This document shows positions 55,363 through 64,000 of a stretch of 64,000 nucleotides of DNA, piece after piece. The DNA is taken from positions 24,976,213 through 25,040,212 of the forward strand of contig OZ234493.1 in NCBI GenBank assembly GCA_965153455.1, given 5' to 3'. The stretch's first letter is position 1, and every line of letters starts with the position of its first letter. Source of the stretch: Sphagnum compactum. Lineage: Eukaryota. A program made the position numbers and the translations under genes. Below the pieces are notes generated by a model. That model did not search any database, had not been told where the DNA came from, and saw nothing but the letters and a program-made list of their open reading frames with translations.

Positions 55363-55747
55363 ATAATTTCAAAAAATAAAAAATAAAAAATTCCAATAAT
55401 TTTTTAATGTAATTTTTTAATAAAAATATATTAATATTTTGACCTTATGTCAATTGATTGTCACTGGTATTGAGAAGCAGTGCAAAGCCCAAGTTGTTTT
55501 TTCAATTTTTATTTTTATTTTTCAATTCTCAAGTTCCCTATTTATTGCCTCTCCATGTAACTTTAAGGAAGGGAATTAAAGACTCCGAAAATCATGGGTA
55601 TATACTATATAACCTAGTTTTTTTATTTGGTCCCACATCTTGAGGAACGTTCACCAGGTGTTACTCTGTAAATGGGGTTTGTCTTTCCCCCCTCCGCACT
55701 TGGGGTTCATTCACTCCAGGTGTTAGAGCATTTCCACTGGTGGTGCT

Positions 55748-56010
55748 CAGTATGTCACTCTGGATAATAAAATGAAATGTCTAAGTTTAGCCGTTTTTTT
55801 GAGTATGTCACTCTGGATAGTAAAGTTAAATGTCTAAGTTTAGCCGTTTTTTTTCAGTATGTCACTCTGGATAATAAAGTTAAATGTCTAAGTTTAGCCG
55901 TTTTTTAGTATGTCACTCTGGATAATAAAGTTAAATGTCTAAGTTTAGCCCTTTTTCAGTATGTCACTCTGGATAATGAAGTTAAATGTCTAAGTTTAGC
56001 CCTTTTTTTT
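55748..56010. repeat. Tandem repeat, ~52-bp unit x5, nearly identical copies
   Basis: AGTATGTCACTCTGGATAATAAAGTTAAATGTCTAAGTTTAGCC(G/C)TTTTT repeated head-to-tail with no unique spacers. Confidence 0.95.
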
Positions 56011-56759
56011 TGGCAACTCCACCAATAAAACTGTAACTGGAAGTGCATATATGTGGGACTACCAGTAGCGCTTTCCTTTTGGGATGAGATTTACACTTTT
56101 TTTTTCCTTACCTAAAAAAAAATTGATTTCAACATATACAAAGGATTTCTGTGGCAAAAAATGCCTAAATCACCAGCAGATTTTATTTTTCTTAATTAAA
56201 AAATAGCCAGATATTTACAACAAATTTCAGTAGATAGCCAAAATATACAAGGATTATTGAGAAAAACATTACTTTCATATATGGTCTATAACTAAATTTG
56301 GTTAAAACTTGTTCTTATTGATGGCCAATTTCGGCTATATCACAAAATTGGAAAAATGGTGAGTTTTTGGGTGGTTGTTTGCAAAAAAAATTCGGAAAAA
56401 AAATTGGGAATTTTATTTGTGTCTAAATTAAAAAATAATTGCTAAAATTTTTGGAAAAACTCGCCAGAAGTTGCAAAACAAAATATATATATTTTTAAAA
56501 AGGATAACCCCAGCATAAATGAATAAATTTTAATTTGAAAATATATATATACTGTGGTTTCTGTGACATGTTGTAGTTCTCATTTGCTCCCACATTTGAA
56601 GGAATGTTGACTACGTGTGTACACACTGTGATGTGGTTTTCGTTCGCTCCTACATTTTCAGGAATGTTCACCAGTTGTGACTTACTTGTACTGTGTGAAT
56701 AGGGGTTCCTATTTTCTGGCAATTAATGCGTAGTTGACTGTTTCGAACAGTTTTCCGTC

Positions 56760-56850
56760 GCCAGAATGTTCCTGAACAGAAGGCCAAGTCCCGCGTTCCC
56801 TATACCTCGCCGGGCGAGCGCGTGACGCCGGGCGAGCGCGTGACGTCCTG
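56760..56850 (+). promoter_or_regulatory. GC-rich proximal promoter with a heat-shock element and a duplicated CGCGTGACG motif
   Basis: GAAtgTTCctGAA at 56764-56776; direct repeat CCGGGCGAGCGCGTGACG x2 at ~56809-56845, upstream of CDS 57453. Confidence 0.5.
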
Positions 56851-57452
56851 TCCTGTTGCGCGCTGTAGTCCCGTCCGTTCGCTGCACTCCCCTCTCGGCT
56901 TTCTCTTCTGGGCTGTGGCCGCATATATTCACGCACTCGTCTTCTCTCGTTCCGCATTCTTCCCTTCTTCTATACCCATTTTCTCCTTGTCGATCATTTT
57001 TTGTGTGTAGTGCTCTTGCAATCTTTCGATCAGTAACGTACAAGTAGCTCTTAGTTCTTTGTTGCTAGAATTGGGTTTCACAGCAATCGCCAGTCTTCGT
57101 AGTACTTGGACTCTGCGCATCCAGAGCTTGTATAGCTTTTGAAGAGGAACTTTCACATTATATCTTCCTTTGTGTCGTGAATCACACTTGACAAGTTCGT
57201 TCTGATTGAAGGAGCCTGCACGAAAAACTAGTTGGAAGTCAGATTGCAGCTCGTGTGGATTGGACGTCCTGATATTCTGTGTGGGCAACTTTGTTTTTAC
57301 ATTGAACGGTTTTTGTGCTGCACAGAAGAGGAAACCCGCACTGGTTTCTAGCGCTGCAATAATCGCAAAAAAGGAGTGCGTTGTGGTGCACAAGTTTGAA
57401 TATACGAATCTGCAGCAAGGGAAGCAGCTAGAGCTCAGCGTCTTCATAAAAC

Positions 57453-57737
57453 ATGACAACGATCTATGGAGCTTATGACAAGACTTCAGAGACATACGGG
57501 TTAGGTTGGGCTGACCAATGGGACTACAAGTTCAATGACAAGTACGGCACTGAGGAGGATTCACAAGCCACAGCAAGTACAGGCAACAACCAGAAACTGG
57601 CGAAGGTGAAGGCGGTGGCCAGTACAGGAATGGACAAGACCAAGAGCGTGGTGACATCCGGTGCACAGAAACTAAAGAGTGGCACCTCTACTGGCTTCAA
57701 GTGGATCAAGGAGAAGGTCCAAAAAAAACCTCACTAA
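57453..57737 (+). CDS. Small conserved plant protein (94 aa) with WADQWD motif, resembling the CDPK-adapter-like uncharacterised family
   Basis: Good start context (AAAACATGA) and GC3-rich codons. The motifs GWADQWD and KTK..V.SGAQKLKSGTSTGFKWIKEK.QK match a widespread land-plant small-protein pattern. Confidence 0.85.
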   Translation: MTTIYGAYDKTSETYGLGWADQWDYKFNDKYGTEEDSQATASTGNNQKLAKVKAVASTGMDKTKSVVTSGAQKLKSGTSTGFKWIKEKVQKKPH

Positions 57738-59640
57738 AAAAGCCTTACAAAACAAAGCCCGGCGGACAATAATGTATGTAGCCCTGAAACTTTGAGTTTC
57801 GTCCAGTCGATCGAGTTCATATGGAGCTGGTCCAAGAGTTTACACGCCGGGTGGCACCTCCTTTGCAAGCGCAATTGCCGGATGCTACTCGAGATTTGGA
57901 GCACTGGAAGAAACTGAATTTCTAGGTTTGCGAAACTCAAGGAGCAGCTGCACTTATGGAGAATGAGAATTGGGAGTAGTAACACATTGAGCTCAAGAGA
58001 AATTTGGGTGGATTTATGACCAGCATATGAATCTAGCGAGCGATCGAGCATGTTGTTCTGCACTGGCGTGCGAACACCAAGATCAATGCAGTCTTTGCTA
58101 GGATTGAAAGAATAACAATTTGTATGTAAAATTAGTATGATTTGCACTCTCATGTCCAAAAATAAATTCTTCCTTGCAGTGTAAGGAAACAAAAGGTGTT
58201 CCTGTAAGCCAAGTGATTTATTAGATTTTGAGTGAATTCACTGATAGTATTGAACAGGATTTAGTGGGGATTTACAGCACCTAAGTCAACTAGTTCAAAA
58301 ACTGTAAACAACTAAGTTAGTGTGCAATCTTAGCCCAGAATTTAATTAAAGCAAAGTTCATTTAGAGGTAGATATTATTGTTTGAATAAAAAAATTTAGA
58401 ACCTTGTCTTTTCCTGCCCGGAAGTCAATTTCATTCCAAGTTCGAGTCTTTTCTGAAAAATCTTTGCAACTAATTGAATGAAAAAGAATTTTTTTTATCT
58501 AATTAAATGTAAATGGAGACTTTTATTGTGCAAATGTGTTTTGGTGATAGTAGGGGTGGAATGAAAACTTGGTGCTCCAAAGTTTGTTTTAACATCACAA
58601 TTCTATGATGTTTTAATCAGCTTTATCTTGTTTGCTTAAGAGCACAACTTGTTGCAACAACATAATCTCAACTTCCAATGCAAAATTTATAACAATTTGT
58701 GATTGTGATTTTGTGAGGTTGTTTAACAACCTATGGTGGAGATGCTTTTTAGAACAACTCCAATAATGTTTAGTATGTGACCTTGCAAATCAAAATTGGA
58801 TGAAGAAAAGTCAAAACGTGTAGGTTTGGCTCAACAAAATGGTTTTGGCCCAACATTTTTACACATTTTGTTGAAGCTAGTACAAGGCATAACAAAGCTT
58901 AACTCCTACTAGAGAAAATTGTAGTAAATATGATTTGATTGTTATTCCATGTTTGATTGGCCAATCACAATGATTCATTCACATGGTTTGCTATTAATAA
59001 TCTCCCACCTATTTGCAATCCCAAATTGGTTTTACAGATGGGGTTGGAAAAAACTAAAAAACTAAACTTGAATGTGAAAAATATTTTTGCAGGGTCACAT
59101 TTTAACATCCTTAAAAATGCTCTTATAATACAAGTTTTGATAAATTTTGTAAACTTCAACAAACTCAACTTCCAAAAGCTATTTATCACAACAAATGAAA
59201 AAAAAAATTTATGCTAAATTTCAATAATGACAACAACCCATGTATGAATATCGTTTTAAAACAAAAATATGTCATTTAACAACCAAGTAGATTGGACAAT
59301 TGTTGATGTGAATTTGTCAAATGTGTTTTTAAGAAATGTGAAATTAAAATTCATGTGCAATATTGTAAAATGCGTCATGGACAGCATCATGATCCCATCA
59401 AGTTCCAAGTTCAAACTCCTTTAGCACATCAAAGGAAAAGAGTTTTTTTCTTAAGGAAATTTTATTTGCACATTAGAAATATTCGTAAAGTCATGAAAAC
59501 CCAAAGTGTAGACCCAATGTTTCGACATAAGAGGATTCATCACACTCAGGGCAAACGTCGTAGAAAGGGAAAAAAAGCATGGTGAAAATTGGAAATGCTC
59601 CGATTTGGGCAGTTTCAGAGTTTGAACTTGTGTTTGGGTG

Positions 59641-59666
59641 TTTAGGGTTTAGGGTTTAGGGTTTAG
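59641..59666. repeat. Short interstitial telomere-like tract (TTTAGGG)3
   Basis: TTTAGGG x3 followed by TTTAG. A similar (CCCTAAA)n tract lies at ~16697-16717. Confidence 0.7.
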
Positions 59667-62600
59667 AGTTTTACAACGTGAGAGAGGATGGCATTGCCGG
59701 GTTTCCATGAAAAGAGAGAGTAGGCAAAGCAAGTGCCGTCTACTTTGAACTCCAAGTTTTGGTCTCTTTAGATGAATGTTTTTTAAGCTTCCTTTTGTCT
59801 TCGTCTCTTCTCCTCAAGTTGGATCATGTGTTGAACTCTAAGATCAATGACAAAGCTCTTCACACAAAGCTTGTCAAAGTTTTGTTGTCAAACTCAAAGC
59901 TCAAAACCCAACACTTTTTTTGTTTTTCCTTGCAGCTTATCACCATCACCACAAATATCAATATCAATTCCTCTTTCTCTTTTTCTTCCTCTCTCTTTCT
60001 CTCTCTCCCTCTCTCTTCTAGTCCTTAATGTGCAAAGGATGCCAGGAAGGAAAGCCCACACCATCAGTATGACCCAATATTCACCTTTCCTTTTGAGTTT
60101 GGATCCCAGTTTCTGGGACTTTAATGAAACATGCAAAGTCAAGGTGAAACACAAAAGTGAGGATGAGAGAGGGCACCAGACAGGGTGCCACTTTAAAGAT
60201 ATCTCTATAACGAAGGTTTTTTTTTTTTTAATTTTTTTTTTAAACTTTTACTTTATTTTATATAAGTTTTTTTTAATTATTTTGTTACCATATTTTTGAG
60301 TGTTTTTGAGTAAAACCTTGCCACCTTGTATTGGTTTATCCCAATTCCTCCCCCATCTCAACCCCTAATGTGAGAAGGTAGTAACTTGCTCCCCATATGA
60401 CTGTTAAATCAAACACAATTAGGTGTTTTCCAATGTTGTGTAGGTACTAGAAACTGCACCAACAAACCCCATTGAGTGTAGTAGGGTGGTTCTTAGGGGT
60501 TGGTTCATAACCATGATTCTCAAAGAAAATGAAAATAACCCAAGTTCTGACCTATGTTGGCCAAGTTAATTCTTATTTTCAATAACTATCCAGGTAAGCA
60601 TTTTTTATTTTTTTATTTTTTTTGAACCAGATAGGGTATCAATGTCAAAAAAAATTTAATTTAGACCCGCCAGTTATCAATTTCACTGTCAAAAAGTAAT
60701 ACCCTAATCATCAACTTACTTGGTTATTATTTTTTATTATGCATAAGGTTTGATTGTCAAATACTCTAATTGAAAACTGCTAATTATATCGCCTAGGCAA
60801 AGTAGGTTGTAGGGTTTTTGATACTCGGAATATGGTTCTTGCAACAATATGTACCAAGCAGGTAGGTTATCTACCAGTTTTCAAACAACATCGATAACCA
60901 ACTACTAGGTTATCAATAGTCAGATTGATGCACGGGTATTTTCTCAACAACCCGCCAACACTAGTGTTAGTTAGGTGGTTCCCAGCTTTAGTGTTTGTTA
61001 GAGACCTATTGGGTCCGGTTCTCTAAAACAAAAAAATCAGAACCCCTTTTGTTATTCTTTTAAGGATTTAGATACCCGGTCAGGGTATCAAACTATTCAA
61101 AACCTATATCGGGGGGTTCTCAACCTCGCCATTTCTCGGCTCTTTAACAGCCGGGTATCTATAACTGATTCTCAAAATCAAAAAATAAATAAATTAGAAT
61201 AAATAACAATAATGTCTTGAAGCTAAGGAAAGGAACACGAAACCTAAGTCCTAGGTAATTAATTATAGTTAATTAATATTAGATGGCCTATCATAGGTCT
61301 TAGACCCTGACCTACCTTAGACCCCTACTATAAGTAGACATAATTTCCATGCCATGCTTAAACGAATATGCACAAGATCCATCCTCTTTTCTAGGAGGGA
61401 TATTCATGAATAGATGGTGGCCTCCGAATACACTAGTAAATTTCTCAAAGTGCCCTACAGAACACATGGAAATAGCCATAGCCATAGCAATTGTCGGCAT
61501 AGGACCTTACCCTACAGCTATTATGAAACATAACCAATGTGCATGGGGTTCATTATGTACCAATAGGAAACTTGAAAAGTACAAACTCGTCCTCTCCAAA
61601 ACCAACTTCATATATCAAGATAGCATAAGGATTCAAGTTGTCTTACATTAGTTGTTTAATTCTCTTTCTTGAGTCCGTGGAAGCTTTGTCCTATTTAGGA
61701 TCTTTTCCCCTGTACATCAATCCCCATGGGAGCTTATAAGATTGATTAGCTCACATCAATGATTTGCGAAATCTTCAGTTTACATCCTTTGTTTTTCCAA
61801 ATTAGTTGTAGTCTCATGGTAGAGGAGTTCCACATTATTTGTGCTGCAAACCTGCTCAACTTGTGAGCTTTTTTACAAATTCAATTCAATGCAAATAAAA
61901 GTTAAGAAGATACGTACATACATGAGATTGTAGTGTGTTGGGTGGCAGATGAAAAGATTTGGGAATGATTCATGAAAACCCACTACCAGGACCTGACTAG
62001 TATGAAAGGACCAAAAAATTTCATGAGAGGACTTTCATACCAATTAGGTCTTGGCATTGGGTCCAAGGTAGATTTTTAGGTGGTATGAGGCAGGTATATA
62101 CTTGGAATTGAGACTGGTATAAAATAGGTACAAGGTTGGTATTATCTCAAGTCCCTAAGACCCAAACCTGACCTGAGAAAAGTTAGGGTCAACTAGATCA
62201 AGCCCTAGACCAAACCCATTGGTCTTTTAAGGCCTTTCTTATAAGGTTTGGATCTTTATATACTTTCAAGTGAATCCAAGTTGGATCTTAATATCCTTTC
62301 AGGTGGATATTCAAGTTCATTTTGTTGAGTTGCTGAACCTCTTTGATGACCTAGAAGACTTCCCTCTAGAGACATATTGAGTCCTAGTCTATGACTATAG
62401 TAGGAAGTCTTCCATATCACTGCCAATACAACATAAAGATAAATGCACATAGTCTCTCTTTTCCTGACCAAAAATCACACATACACATGTATTCTTCCAA
62501 GTTCTTCAAGTACACTTCAACCAGTTGGGGCAGGTTTAGAAATTGCATCAAACCTCTACTGGGTATCAAGACAAGTATCAAAATTGATAAATATGGTTAT

Positions 62601-63339
62601 CAGAAAATCAAATGCCCGATTTTTGATATATAATCACGGTTATCAAAAGATCAAACACCCAAGTATTATATATGATTGTGATTCTCAATTATTTTTTAAA
62701 TCTAGTTTTCAGCTAAAGTTGTAGGGTCTTTGCCCATTCTTTGAAGTTTTACAAATACCTGGAATAAGTGGTTCTTGGATTTCGATTTTTTTCAAATACC
62801 TAGAACCGATGGGTATTACCAAAATCAAATAAGAACCCCATATTGATCTCAACCATCCCAAAATAGTCCCCTCTCCCTTAAGCTAGCGATTCCTTCATCC
62901 TTTTTTAAAAAATAATGGCAATTCCTCCAAATATATCCATCAATCTTGAAATAAGTGGCAAATAACTTGCTCCTAGTTTTATTTTTAGAACATTAGAGTA
63001 GTAAAAAAGGTTTCACCTTGTAAATCAATGAGAGATTAAAAGTCTACTAGTTACCACCAAATAAATTAAAATTACTAGGATGGTTCGTAAAATAATTAAA
63101 ATTTTAGGCATTAATTTACAAAAATTACAAACTTATAAAGAATGAATTTCAAATGATTTTCATTACCAAATCATGGGATGAAAAGTTTGGAATGTACAAT
63201 GTTATGACTTGGCTGTTGGTCTTTAGTCACCACACATCTTTTATGAGATCATTTTTAAAATTATGAAAATCCTTATGTTCAATTTGAATTGTGCCTTTCA
63301 TATAATTGTCAAATGAAATTCCTTGTCCAAATTATATGT

Positions 63340-64000
63340 TTTTTTCACATCAAATGTTGGTTCCAAGTTTTGATTCTACTCATATGTTATTGTCATGTTT
63401 CCCAACACTACACAAGCCATCAAGGTGTTAGTTATGATTTCTTGGTCCCATTTTCCACTAAGGTAATCTATAATCTCAAATCTTGCATAAGCAAATTTCC
63501 AAAGCATCATTTTACGCCCTTGCGAACAACTTTATGTGCCTTGGAAAAATGTTGTTTTTTTTCACCCTAGGATTCATGGATGGTCTACATGAACATGGAC
63601 TAACAAAGATAAATTCCATCAATAAGCAAATAATAATGAAGATATTCATTACCATTAACCTTAAAAACCAAGTCCATGGTTACAACCTTATACAACAAAT
63701 CAAAAGTTAATGGTATTCTATCCAACACATTCAAATCATTGTTGTCACTTGGTAATCCAAAAAAAATGCATGCAATATACCCTAAACTTTGGTTAGCAAA
63801 TGTTTTGAAAATAATTGATTTAAGGTTTCTCTTTGTTAGTGAATTGCCCTTGGCAAGTAACAAGAAAATTGTTTCAACAATAATGCATACAATCCAATGA
63901 AACCTTTACATTCATTCATCTTCATCTATATGAACTCACAATAGTTGTTTAACATACTCAAACTCAAAAAGGTCTTGAATAGCTTTCACAAATTATAACA
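63340..64000 (-). mobile_element. Degenerate PIF/Harbinger DDE nuclease (plant transposon protein)
   Basis: Fragments: CQGQFTNK; SIIFKTFANQSL...FFGLPSDNNDLNVLDRIPL...FKVNGNEYLHYYLLIDGIY; ARFEII...W...ITNTLMACVVLGNM. These correspond to Harbinger motifs GxPGxNNDxNVL, YLLADxxY and ACxxLHN. The element runs off the window end. Confidence 0.8.

Noticed and set aside
55748-56010. Possible CRISPR array
   Set aside because: The units are contiguous with no unique spacers, there are no cas genes, and the context is a eukaryotic intron-containing genome.
56929-57495. 188-aa minus-strand ORF
   Set aside because: It is antisense to the leader and start of the WADQWD gene, begins at a non-ATG codon and has no recognisable motifs.
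58540-59220. Possible transposase remnant
   Set aside because: The texture is TE-like, but no diagnostic motif could be read in the frames examined.

Overview
Eukaryotic nuclear DNA from a land plant, most likely a moss. The repeat families and PPR style look Sphagnum-like; this is an inference, not a database result. The window is gene-sparse and transposon-rich. It holds three intact genes: an 11-exon KUP/HAK/KT potassium transporter (minus strand, 788 aa), a 2-exon plant PHD-type zinc-finger gene (minus strand, 319 aa) and a 94-aa 'WADQWD'-motif small protein gene (plus strand) preceded by heat-shock-element and ABRE-like motifs. The left edge carries the decayed 3' end of a PLS/E-class PPR gene. 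Mobile DNA includes a degenerate hAT transposase, a PIF/Harbinger nuclease relic, a solo LTR with an intact 5-bp TSD, several MITE-like elements and a non-autonomous Helitron with both termini. The most unusual region is ~23.7-32.2 kb, a fossil rolling-circle element. Its fragments read OTU protease - CxxC/DUF6570-like - HUH Rep with Helentron-type motifs - Pif1 helicase - APE/EEP endonuclease. A possible RPA-like OB-fold gene and two minisatellite arrays lie just upstream. Two non-coding segments can also form mutually exclusive hairpins. No rRNA, tRNA or CRISPR array was found.
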